From the IMG/VR virus record IMGVR_UViG_2061766007_000510: a stretch of DNA of 51,450 nt; one strand, given 5' to 3'. Each line of letters starts with the position of its first letter. The first letter of the stretch is position 1. A model generated the notes under the pieces. It was not told the DNA's origin. It saw only the letters and a program-made list of their open reading frames with translations, and made no database searches. The DNA is from an uncultured virus (IMG/VR IMGVR_UViG_2061766007_000510) (lineage: Duplodnaviria; Heunggongvirae; Uroviricota; Caudoviricetes). Positions 1-9,080 of this stretch are shown piece by piece. Position numbers and translations under genes: made by a program.

Positions 1-120
1 TCCGAGAAGGACGGGACGCTGAGGCTGCGTACCGACGAGTGGGTGAAGGTGTGGAATAAGGTGGAGAAGAAACTGAAGAAGAAGGCTGACCGTTACCTCC
101 CGGAGGAATCCAAGAAATGA
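1..120 (+). CDS. 3' end of hypothetical protein (partial)
   Basis: Open frame from window edge to TGA at 118-120, overlapping the next ATG (ATGA). Confidence 0.6.
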   Translation, partial: SEKDGTLRLRTDEWVKVWNKVEKKLKKKADRYLPEESKK

Positions 121-554
121 GCATATTGTACATAGTCGCCGGCCTGGTGCTAACGGCGTTCCTTGTATGGAGTTTCATCCGTGGTGACAGGCAGATTGAA
201 CAGGTTCGGCTGATGGAGATTAGGGCGAAACTCGAGTCCTTCATGAAACTGGAAAAGGGCTGGTACGCCTACGACAATCCCCCGGTAGACCCTCTGGTAA
301 TAGCAAATGCATCGTACCTCATTGACTGCATGGAGATGACCGGGAAGTGCGGAAACTGGGAGGTGTTCCCTTGTCCTGACGGCACGATACAGTTCGAACT
401 GGATAGGAAGCCGAACAAGTACTGGTTCATAGTGAACGTGGAGAAGGACTACTACGTGCTATCAACGAATTCCGACAGTGTCGAGGAGGCGAAGGTCACC
501 GACCCGGAAGTCGTGTTCGACTGGATGCTCCGTGCGATGCCGTTCGTGAAGTAG
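117..554 (+). CDS. hypothetical protein with N-terminal transmembrane helix
   Basis: 145 aa; hydrophobic N-terminus ILYIVAGLVLTAFLVWSFI; GGAGG upstream. Confidence 0.75.
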   Translation: MSILYIVAGLVLTAFLVWSFIRGDRQIEQVRLMEIRAKLESFMKLEKGWYAYDNPPVDPLVIANASYLIDCMEMTGKCGNWEVFPCPDGTIQFELDRKPNKYWFIVNVEKDYYVLSTNSDSVEEAKVTDPEVVFDWMLRAMPFVK

Positions 555-557
555 ATT

Positions 558-569
558 TTGCTATATTTG
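558..569 (+). promoter_or_regulatory. TTGCTATATTTG promoter motif (copy 1 of 7)
   Basis: Identical 12-mer at 558, 2449, 12696, 15357, 15710, 20753 (+) and 5834-5845 (-), each about 22-50 nt upstream of a co-oriented start codon; fits extended -10 TGnTATAnT and also TAnnTTTG. Confidence 0.7.
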
Positions 570-599
570 GATTGCAAACTTTCAAACAAAGGAAACAGG

Positions 600-1364
600 A
601 TGAAGAAAATCATTGGACTGATTGCGGTTGCACTGCTCGCGGGCTGTGCGCAGATTGACGAGACGGAGCGCGGTGTCGTGCTCGAGTTCGGAAAGTACTC
701 CGAGTCTTTCGACCCGGGACTCCACTTCTATAACGTGTTCACTAAGGACATCGTACGCATCCCGGTGGCAACCCAGTTGGAGACGGTGCGCATCGAGTCC
801 GGTTCCAAGGACCTCCAGACGGTGCGCGTGGAGACCAACGTGAACTACCACGTGGACCCGCTGCAGGTCGGCAAGGTCTACTCCCAGTTCGGAAAGGCTT
901 ACGTGTCCACCATTCTGCAGCCGAAAATCAAGGAGACTATCACCGGTATCACCCCGCAGTACGTTCCCGAGGAGATGCTCCAGAAGCGCGAGGAAATCCG
1001 TGCCCGTATGGAGACTGCACTGAAGGAAAAGCTCGACTCCGCCAAGGCGAACATTATCATTGACGGCTTCACCATCACATCGTTCAGTTTCTCCCAGGCG
1101 TTCGACCGTGCAATCGAGGAGAAGCAGGTTGCCGAGCAGGAGGCGTTGAGGGAGAAGAACATCAAGATTAAGGTGGACTACCAGAACGAGCAGCGCATCG
1201 CCAAGGCGAAGGCCGACTCTGCCGTAATCGCCCTGCAGATGGAGGCGTTGAAGAAGCAGAACGGCAAGGAATACCTGATGCTCAAGTGGATTGAGAAGTG
1301 GGACGGGAAGCTGCCGCAGGTCAACGCCAACGAGAAGACAATCCCTGTCATTAACATGAACTGA
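600..1364 (+). CDS. SPFH/band-7 (prohibitin-like) lipoprotein
   Basis: Lipobox LLAGC; GERGV-like start, PGLHF, FDRAIEEKQVAEQ, KWIEKWDGKLPQV typical of prohibitin-like proteins. Confidence 0.9.
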   Translation: MKKIIGLIAVALLAGCAQIDETERGVVLEFGKYSESFDPGLHFYNVFTKDIVRIPVATQLETVRIESGSKDLQTVRVETNVNYHVDPLQVGKVYSQFGKAYVSTILQPKIKETITGITPQYVPEEMLQKREEIRARMETALKEKLDSAKANIIIDGFTITSFSFSQAFDRAIEEKQVAEQEALREKNIKIKVDYQNEQRIAKAKADSAVIALQMEALKKQNGKEYLMLKWIEKWDGKLPQVNANEKTIPVINMN

Positions 1365-1377
1365 AAAGAGACTGGCT

Positions 1378-1893
1378 ATGGAAAGAGTTACGTGGATAGA
1401 CCATATACGCCGGTGTACCCGGCACCTCCTGGACGAACTGCTGGATACGGTGGAGAAGGAGACGGCCGGCCTGAAGGACGATACCAGTTCTCGTCTGAAG
1501 CAGGCTACGGACCGTATCCGTACAAAACTGGAAGTCATTGACGAGTTCGATAAGTACATCACCGCATGCGACGATGTCCACAAGTTCGTGGACAAGGTGC
1601 TGACGCCCAGCCGGAGAGAACACAATCCTCGCCACGACATGCCCGCGCCGGTCCCCCCGGCCAGGGAAAGGAAGGGCGACTATGAACCCAAGGACGAGCC
1701 GGCAGGAAGCTGGCCTCCCCCGTACTTTGATGGGTTCAATCCCGGACAGTTCCCTTGCGAGACCGATTCCAAGCAGTTCCCGTGCGAGTTCGATTCCACT
1801 TATGTGAAGCCGTGCGAGTGGAAACCAAACGTTTCCGGCACGGAGACATACAACGTGATGTACTCGGACAAGACTTCCGGAGGCATGCAATGA
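1378..1893 (+). CDS. hypothetical protein
   Basis: 171 aa ORF in operon context; short internal QFPCE repeat. Confidence 0.65.
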   Translation: MERVTWIDHIRRCTRHLLDELLDTVEKETAGLKDDTSSRLKQATDRIRTKLEVIDEFDKYITACDDVHKFVDKVLTPSRREHNPRHDMPAPVPPARERKGDYEPKDEPAGSWPPPYFDGFNPGQFPCETDSKQFPCEFDSTYVKPCEWKPNVSGTETYNVMYSDKTSGGMQ

Positions 1894-2093
1894 TTTCGGT
1901 AGTGGAAGCTGCAGAGAGCCTCGCGCACAAGTACCTCCCGGGTACTGCCGGTTATGCCGACAGGCTGCGCGATGACATCTACGAGGCGCTCGGGTCGGTG
2001 GGAGTATCATCCGACATCGACCTGGACTGGGAAGGTAGCAACCGGCACGTCGCGTATTCCCCAAGGGACGCCGCGGAGGAGCTCCTGGAGAAG
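1890..2093 (+). CDS. hypothetical protein (runs into N gap)
   Basis: ATGA overlap with previous stop; GGAGG upstream. Confidence 0.55.
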
Positions 2094-2448
2094 NNNNNNN
2101 NNNNNNNNNNNNNNNNNNNNNNNNNNNNNNNNNNNNNNNNNNNNNNNNNNNNNNNNNNNNNNNNNNNNNNNNNNNNNNNNNNNNNNNNNNNNNNNNNNNN
2201 NNNNNTTAATGCCGTGTCCCATTTATAGTATTGGAGAAATATAATGAAAACAGATAAGAGGAAAAAGGAAACCATAGGTCAGAAGATTGCGAAGTTTCTC
2301 GTGAAGAACCCGGTATCCTCCCGGTTCCGNNNNNNNNNNTACTGGCCAGATGCCGGAATGGGCGAGGTGATTACCGTGGAGAAGGCTATAGTTGACTCGT
2401 TGAGCCGACTGGGAGCCGACGGGATTTCCTTGTAAACTTCTTGCAAAA

Positions 2449-2460
2449 TTGCTATATTTG
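2449..2460 (+). promoter_or_regulatory. TTGCTATATTTG promoter motif
   Basis: Exact copy upstream of ATG at 2510. Confidence 0.65.
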
Positions 2461-2509
2461 GGACATAGGCGAAAGCCGTGTCCCATTTATAGTTTTTGGA
2501 GTTTTAATA

Positions 2510-2820
2510 ATGAAGACAGACCGTAAGAAAAAGACAACATTGATGCAGAAGCTTGCGAAGCTCCTCGTGAAGAACCCGGTATCGTCCCGGTTCCGCCAGG
2601 TGCTATTCGGGTGGCGCAAGGTAAGGCGCCACGGGGTTACCATATGGTACCANNNNNNNNNNTGTTCGAGCGGGCTGTCCGTGTATCAAGGAAGTTCAAG
2701 CGGGAGTACAGCGACCGCAGGGTGGCCATCCCGGTGGAGGTATACTACTCCGGCGGTAGGCCGGGAATCGGTACACGCATGGTGAGCTACAAGATTATGC
2801 CCTACCGCAAGGTGTTCTAG
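2510..2820 (+). CDS. small basic hypothetical protein (gap-interrupted)
   Basis: MKTDRKKK... to ...MPYRKVF* across a 10-N gap; 5' part duplicated at 2244, 3' part duplicated at 8897-9080. Confidence 0.55.
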
Positions 2821-4374
2821 TTGATTGACCCGAAGAAAAGAAGTGCCTCGGAGCAGGCGCTGAAGGATGCGGTGCTGGCGATGTCCCGTACATCCCACGG
2901 TATGCTCCCGGTGTACATGGGGCTGCGCCAGAGGGCGACCGAGGACCCTTCCGTTACCGTTCGCCTGAACGTAGGCAATGGCGGTATTGAACTCGAGTAC
3001 AACGTGGACTTCGTCACGAAACTGGAGACGAGCATGCTCGGTGCCGTACTGTACATGCAGTGCCTGAAGGTTGCGCTGCACCACTGCGACCATCGAAGGA
3101 AGGAACCGCTTAGCATGCTGAAACTGGCAAGCGACATAGTGGTTGCCGAGTATGCCAGGAAGGTGGTCGACACATCCAAGGGAGACAACTACGAGATACT
3201 GAACCGCCTGTTCCCGAGCATATGGGAGCACTGGGATGTACTGGGGAAGCACGGGTTCATGCCGGAGACCGACCTGGTGCTCGAGAAGCTGTTCGCCATA
3301 TTCTCCGAGGAGCAGGAGGAGATAGAGAAGCAGAAGGGCACGAAGCCCCAGCCAGAGGAGCGTGACGCTTCCGGCGAGGGGGAACGGGGCGAGTCCGGGG
3401 AGGAGACCGGAGAAGACGACAGCGAGGAGAACAGTGATTCACTCGGTGATTCCGGCGAGCGGCAGGGAGGCGACGGGGACAAGGCCGGCGAGGACGATGG
3501 AGATATTGGCGACGGGGATNNNNNNNNNNNNNNNNNNNNNNNNNNNNNNNNNNNAGGAACCCGGGGAATACGACGAAAATGGCGAGGAACCCGGGGACGA
3601 ACCTGGCGAAGATGCAGGGGATACGGATGGGGATTCCGGGGAGGAACCGGGGGAATCCGATGAGGGTTCCGATGATTTTTCCGCAATGGAGAAGTACTTC
3701 GACATAGAGAGCGCCGCTACGGAGNNNNNNNNNNNNNNNNNNNNNNNNNNNNNNNNNNNNNNNNNNNNNNNNNNNNNNNNNNNNNNNNNNNNNNNNNNNN
3801 NNNNNNNGGCAAGCTGCCCATTGCGCTGCGTGATGCCAACCGGCTGAAGGTGGACACCACCGCGATGTTCCGTCGTTTCATAGCGAGCGTGATGGACGAC
3901 GAGACCACCCCGAGCTGGTCGAGGAGGAACCGGAAGTACCTGAAATACGGAGTAATAGCTCCCGGTTACCTATATGACGAGACCCCGAGGATACTGATGT
4001 GCGTGGACGTGTCCGGGTCTATGTACGTTGACAACCTGATTTACGAGTGCCTGAAGGTGATGGACGCCGTGTTCAACGGGATATCGGTGGACATGGTCTA
4101 CTGGGATGCCGTATGCAGCCCGGTGTTCAGCAATCCAAAGAGCATGAAGGAAGTCGAGGTATATGGCGGAGGATACACCAATCCGGACTGCGTACTGCAG
4201 AAACTGGGTCCGGAAAGGTTCAAGTACGATGGACTGGTGTTCGTTACCGACTGCGAGTTCATTTGGAACGAGCCCCCTAGGGCGAGACAGATTATGATAC
4301 TGCGTACCGGGGATAGGAAGCACGACTTTCCACAGTGGTGCGTATACAGGGACGACCTGAAGAACTTCATTTAG
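2821..4374 (+). CDS. DUF2201-type putative metallopeptidase / VWA-like protein, copy 1 (gap-interrupted)
   Basis: Close paralog of 9081-10688; DVSGSM MIDAS-like motif, GGGYT, VFVTD; frame changes coincide with N gaps. Confidence 0.8.
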
Positions 4375-4408
4375 AAGGCTAGGTCCACCCAAAGAGTTGC
4401 TGGAAGGA

Positions 4409-4759
4409 TTATGAAAGCCCCGTTAAACATNNNNNNNNNNNNNNNNNNNNNNNNNNNNNNNNNNNNNNNNNNNNNNNNNNNNNNNNNNNNNNNAAGAACT
4501 TGGATATTAAAATATCGGGGCTTACTTTTCTACGTATAGTATTTTCTTCGGTCTTCCATTCAAAACAATCTTCGTAGTTTCTAACCATATCTATTGCATA
4601 TTTGCTGGAAAACAAAAACACCGCATTTACTTTATGTTCCTTAATGACCTTGGTTATTTTAACACGATATTCATTAAGTTCGGCAAGAGAAATATCTTCC
4701 TTGTTATTGGTTATTAAAGCTAAAGCAACCAAATACTCAATATTAATGAAATTACACAT
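4409..4759 (-). CDS. hypothetical passenger protein (AT-rich)
   Basis: 116 aa ORF inside the IR-bounded element, partly N. Confidence 0.6.
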   Translation of the reverse strand: MCNFINIEYLVALALITNNKEDISLAELNEYRVKITKVIKEHKVNAVFLFSSKYAIDMVRNYEDCFEWKTEENTIRRKVSPDILISKFXXXXXXXXXXXXXXXXXXXXXXCLTGLS

Positions 4760-5357
4760 TTTTGGATCCTTTTTGGTTTAAGTCATTTTCCTTGCACCAA
4801 TTAATGTAATCTGTCAGCAGGTTGTTGAGTGTTTCTGAGTGGTGTAGCTTGACCCATTCCAGGAATGCCAGTGGTTCGCCTTTCAAGACTTCCATCGGCC
4901 CGATGTCGTTAATGTAAAGTTTGCAGAAGAACTGGCGACGAGACTTGAAGTGTTCTTCGTCCGTTGCCATTTTCCTGTCGCAAAGTTCTTGTCGCAGGAT
5001 GGCGAAGGCTTGTAGGGCTTCTTCGGATGTGAACCTGCAAGCGTGTTCGAGTCTGCGGTCGTATGCAGAAGCGTGGTCATCGGGGTATTCGGGTGACCAC
5101 ATTCGGGACAGGTAGAAGTAGTCGTGGTAAGCTTCATCGTAATACTTGATTACGCAAGTGCGGGGAGGGTCTTTCGGCATAGGTGGTGTACTCTTGACGT
5201 GGTGACGGGTAGTTTTGTTGATGATAACGTCGATATGGTCAACGATCTTCGTTTCTACGCAATAGGCATCTACAACGAGGGTTCCGTCTGGGGTCATCCC
5301 CATCACTTCGCTCTTTACGAGTTTCAATTCATCGGGTAAATCGGATTTATTTTGCAT
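4752..5357 (-). CDS. hypothetical passenger protein
   Basis: 201 aa ORF with AAGGAG RBS. Confidence 0.7.
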   Translation of the reverse strand: MQNKSDLPDELKLVKSEVMGMTPDGTLVVDAYCVETKIVDHIDVIINKTTRHHVKSTPPMPKDPPRTCVIKYYDEAYHDYFYLSRMWSPEYPDDHASAYDRRLEHACRFTSEEALQAFAILRQELCDRKMATDEEHFKSRRQFFCKLYINDIGPMEVLKGEPLAFLEWVKLHHSETLNNLLTDYINWCKENDLNQKGSKNV

Positions 5358-5401
5358 AAATGCTCCTTTTAGATGATTTTTAGTTATTCTCGTTCATTTT
5401 T

Positions 5402-5427
5402 CAGCAACACTTTGGGTGGACATAGCC
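5402..5427 (-). repeat. extra copy of the element end (GGCTATGTCCACCCAAAGTGTTGCTG)
   Basis: Matches the IRs at 4377 and 5929. Confidence 0.8.
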
Positions 5428-5510
5428 TAACATTATCACCATGACGTTCGTGCATCGTTTGGTATGGTTGGATTTACTCGCCACGACCCAGCGGGAAATC
5501 AATGTTCTGC

Positions 5511-5810
5511 TTAGTTGTCATGGCATTCCTCGATGCAACCGTCCTTGGTAAACCGCATCGCCACCCATTCCGGCACATTGATTCCATGAATCTGATAACG
5601 GGAGCGTTCGGATGCAAGCATCAGTTCCTGGGTTTCCTCGGACCAAAGGGTGAAGAACCAGTTCCCGAAGCGTTTCAGACGGGTCTGGATGAAATTGTAG
5701 AACGTCACACGACGGGCGTGGCCGTTCTTTCTCGCTGTCTTTTCGAGCTTCTTGAACTTATCGCGAAGGCTGATTGTCTTTCTTCCGATGATTACTGCGG
5801 GATGTGTCAT
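5511..5810 (-). CDS. hypothetical passenger protein
   Basis: 99 aa; GAGG RBS; TTGCTATATTTG motif at 5834-5845 on the - strand. Confidence 0.7.
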   Translation of the reverse strand: MTHPAVIIGRKTISLRDKFKKLEKTARKNGHARRVTFYNFIQTRLKRFGNWFFTLWSEETQELMLASERSRYQIHGINVPEWVAMRFTKDGCIEECHDN

Positions 5811-5833
5811 GTTTGTCCTCTCTTTTGATACTA

Positions 5834-5845
5834 CAAATATAGCAA
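5834..5845 (-). promoter_or_regulatory. TTGCTATATTTG promoter motif inside the element
   Basis: caaatatagcaa on the + strand, upstream of start at 5810. Confidence 0.65.
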
Positions 5846-5993
5846 TTTATGGGGTTTGTGGGTTAAATGCTGGGTTTAGCCAATTTTGGCCATTTTTATC
5901 GGCCAGCCACACTTTGGGTGGACATAGCCATTTAGAATATCGCACAGAGAAGCATGTCACCCAGCGCCGAGAGGCGCTGTGAACCCCTGTAGG

Positions 5994-6176
5994 TTAACGA
6001 AGATAGGCGACCAGTCCTACCGTCGCGAGTATCCATACGGCCACCATCAAGACAAAGCCGCTGGCAATGCCTATGCTGTCCATTATGTACTGCGATGGCA
6101 TGTCCATAATCTTGACCAGCATGGCGGACAGGAACACGCAATATGCTACGTATATTGTAATGGCTATAATTGTCAT
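5994..6176 (-). CDS. small two-helix membrane protein
   Basis: 60 aa, two hydrophobic stretches; GGAGG RBS. Confidence 0.6.
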   Translation of the reverse strand: MTIIAITIYVAYCVFLSAMLVKIMDMPSQYIMDSIGIASGFVLMVAVWILATVGLVAYLR

Positions 6177-6484
6177 CAGGGCCTCCTTATGAGCTTGATG
6201 ACGGTATCATTGTAGGATATAATGCAAGTGTTATCGGCCATGCTGTCGTCCAGGTACACGCGTATTACACCGTTGACCATTCCGATTACGCCGTCCTTCG
6301 CCTCGTCAACCTGGTTGAAGAACTGCTTTGCGTCCTGTAGGACCTTTAGCATACCCGGTCCTACACGGAGTTCGTCGCCGCAGTAACCCACCGACCGCCA
6401 CATCTGGTTGGACTCGGTCATGATGGCTGAGCATATTTCGTCTGGTGTCTTCCCTATGAGATATGCAGTTCTGATTATGTTCAT
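6176..6484 (-). CDS. hypothetical protein
   Basis: MNIIRTAYL... with AAGGA RBS. Confidence 0.6.
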   Translation of the reverse strand: MNIIRTAYLIGKTPDEICSAIMTESNQMWRSVGYCGDELRVGPGMLKVLQDAKQFFNQVDEAKDGVIGMVNGVIRVYLDDSMADNTCIISYNDTVIKLIRRP

Positions 6485-6518
6485 GGTGTTATCCTTATGG
6501 TGTTTACCAAGTAAGTAA

Positions 6519-6749
6519 TTAGTATCTGCTACACCTTGCATCAAGGTTAGCACGGTCTAGTCGACGCGACAAGTCTATATTAGCCACCCGCAATCTGTGG
6601 ATAGTATCGGCCTGTTCGGCAATAATATCCTCAAGATGTGATACATAAGTATCCATCTCGTCTTTGGCGTATCCAGCAACGAAGTCGTCGCTATTATTGT
6701 GTCTAAATTGCAAGGTGCAGGGTCTTTCCAGTTTTTTAACGTTTACCAT
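6519..6749 (-). CDS. hypothetical protein
   Basis: 76 aa; GGAGG RBS; homologous fragment just upstream (6837-6905). Confidence 0.65.
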   Translation of the reverse strand: MVNVKKLERPCTLQFRHNNSDDFVAGYAKDEMDTYVSHLEDIIAEQADTIHRLRVANIDLSRRLDRANLDARCSRY

Positions 6750-6810
6750 TTTTAATCCTCCATGGAAAATATAAGTTGTAGTTTTCGGTCGGCATAAATA
6801 ATCTCCTTTT

Positions 6811-6836
6811 CAGCAATACTTTGGGTGGGCATAGCC
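6811..6836 (-). repeat. orphan copy of the element end
   Basis: Reverse complement GGCTATGCCCACCCAAAGTATTGCTG. Confidence 0.8.
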
Positions 6837-6911
6837 TTTTCATAACCGGCGGTAAAGCCATCGACTCCATTATGTCTAAATGGTAAGGCAGCAGGTTTTA
6901 GCACCTCATTC

Positions 6912-7419
6912 TTATTGGGGGTTATTCTGGCTGATATTATCACGAAGTAACCTAATAGATAGACAAAGAGTACTGCAGTAGGTTCGTTCATACACCACAG
7001 GCGATGTATTAAACACAATGGCCTCGGCAAATTGTTCATGTTTGTTCTCTGTTACTGCCCAGAAGAATGCGTTAGACCCCACATCAGTTGTCTTACCGTC
7101 AAAAAATGAACCATGCGGCTTAACGGAGAAGCCAAGTTCATTAGTTCCGTTAGCATTTCCGTTCCAACCAAAGTCGGACTTGAGTTTATCACCAGCCAGT
7201 GTATCGCCACCNNNNNNNNNNNNNNNNNNNNNNCATAGAAGGAAGATGCCAACCGGTAAGTTGATTAACTATTCTTATTGCAGCCTCGTAACTATACATT
7301 ACTTCGCCATTGTACTCGTTGTGGTAGATTCCGTCACCGCCGTCGTCGACCGATAGATTCTTAGGTGACCATAGTTGAGTCCCTATTTTTACCGGGTGGT
7401 CTAGACTCTCATCGTGCAA
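6912..7419 (-). CDS. FISUMP (Fibrobacter succinogenes major paralogous) domain protein, gap-interrupted, 5' end uncertain
   Basis: VKIGTQLWSPKNL, YSYEAA, GWHLPS; after the gap (hand-translated) AGDKLKSDFGW...NGTNELGFSVKPHG...AFFW...LSIRLLRD. Confidence 0.8.
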
Positions 7420-7970
7420 TACGCCACTTAACTTATCTGGGTCGGACTCAATNNNNNNNNNNNNNNNNNNNNNNNNNNNNNNNNNNNNNNNNNNNNNNNN
7501 NNNNNNNNNNNNNNNNNNNNNNNNNNNNNNNNNNNNNNNNNNNNNNNNNNNNNNNNNNNNNNNNNNNNNNNNNNNNNNNNNNNNNNNNNNNNNNNNNNNN
7601 NNNNNNNNNNNNNNNNNNNNNNNNNNNNNNNNNNNNNNNNNNNNNNNNNNNNNNNNNNNNNNNNNNNNNNNNNNNNNNNNNNNNNNNNNNNNNNNNNNNN
7701 NNNNNNNNNNNNNNNNNNNNNNNNNNNNNNNNNNNNNNNNNNNNNNNNNNNNNNNNNGCCCGAGGAATCCTTAGTCAAGATCGCTAACATTCTCGCCGAC
7801 GAACTTGACGCCACGGCAAAGTCTGGATGCTACGACTTTCCGACTTTCCTCGAACAAGCAGCNNNNNNNNNNNNNNNNNNNNNNNNNNNNNNNNNNNNNN
7901 NNNNNNNNAAATGGCGCATATGGTCATTCACATTCAACAAGCGCCGGAAAATCGTATCAAGGAGTAAGCC

Positions 7971-8516
7971 ATGAAACTTGATTTAGAGTCTTATAAGGAA
8001 ACGTCTAATCTTACCGGATTGACATATATGGTACTAAAAATGTCCAACTCCGAGCGAGAACGCTTGGACAAATGTAGGTTATGTTTAGCTAAGGCTAACT
8101 TCTACCTTATTGACACGGTGCATGTTTTTGCGAATAAGGAAGAATGCGACCATATTCTGGCACAGGTCAAGACGTGGCTTGAAACGGCGCTAAGTGAATA
8201 CAACAAACTTTTACAGGAATCGGGTCTATCCACGAAGGATAGTGCGCCTTCGGATAACCATGACGACCAGGTAGTCGAAGATATTCCTTTGGAAAGGATG
8301 GTTAGGTATATATTGCTGTGCCGTAGCGATGCGAGGTTTGTAGAAGAAGGGGGACATCCGATTATCAAGTATCATAATAGGAATTATTACCTTGATTCTT
8401 TAGGATATGCGATAGCTAAACAACCGCACTTTATTACACTACTCTTTCAAGATATGGATAGTAATGATAGGTTAGATAGGATGCGGNNNNNNNNNNTGTA
8501 CAATCTTCTCACTTAA
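7971..8516 (+). CDS. hypothetical protein
   Basis: 181 aa; AAGGAG RBS; 5' end repeated at 8833-8886. Confidence 0.65.
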   Translation: MKLDLESYKETSNLTGLTYMVLKMSNSERERLDKCRLCLAKANFYLIDTVHVFANKEECDHILAQVKTWLETALSEYNKLLQESGLSTKDSAPSDNHDDQVVEDIPLERMVRYILLCRSDARFVEEGGHPIIKYHNRNYYLDSLGYAIAKQPHFITLLFQDMDSNDRLDRMRXXXXYNLLT

Positions 8517-8529
8517 CTCGGAGGAAACA

Positions 8530-8829
8530 ATGGCTAAACTGAAACACAATCCTATGGACAATCCTAAGCTGGACTATGCTGCAGTAGCGCTCAGCTATAT
8601 GAAGAATCCCGAGGAATCCTTAGTCAAAATCGCTAACATTCTCGCCGACGAACTCGAAGCCACGGCAAAGTCTGGATGCTACGACTTTCCGACTTTCCTC
8701 GAACAATCCGCTAAGAACATCCGAGAGAAAGCTAAGCGCGGCGAGTACACTGCTGACACGCTCCTCACTGAAATGTCGCATATAGTCATTCATATTCAAC
8801 AAGTGCCCGAAAACCGTATCAAGGAGTAA
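8530..8829 (+). CDS. hypothetical protein
   Basis: 99 aa; GGAGG RBS; near-identical partial copy at 7758-7967. Confidence 0.7.
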   Translation: MAKLKHNPMDNPKLDYAAVALSYMKNPEESLVKIANILADELEATAKSGCYDFPTFLEQSAKNIREKAKRGEYTADTLLTEMSHIVIHIQQVPENRIKE

Positions 8830-9080
8830 GCCATGCAACTTGATTTAGAGTCTTATAAGGAAACGTCTAATCTTACCGGATTGACANNNNNNNNNNGTAC
8901 AGCGAGTACGACCACGAGTCGATGTTCGAGCGTGCCGTGAGGGTATCCCGGAAGTACCACAGGGAGTACCGGGACCGCCGCGTGGCGGTACTGGTGGAGG
9001 TGTACTACTCGGGTGGACGCCCGGGAATAGGTACGCGCATGGTGAGCTACAAGATTCTGCCCTACCGCAAGGTGTTCTAG

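Larger units (their letters stand above)
4377..5929. mobile_element. non-autonomous IS1595/ISPna2-like insertion cassette with 3 passenger ORFs
   Basis: Terminal inverted repeats 4377-4403 and 5903-5929 (24/27 identical, GGCTAKGTCCACCCAAAG...); identical 8-bp flanks ATTTAGAA at 4369-4376 and 5930-5937; AT-richer than flanks; no transposase. Confidence 0.75.
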
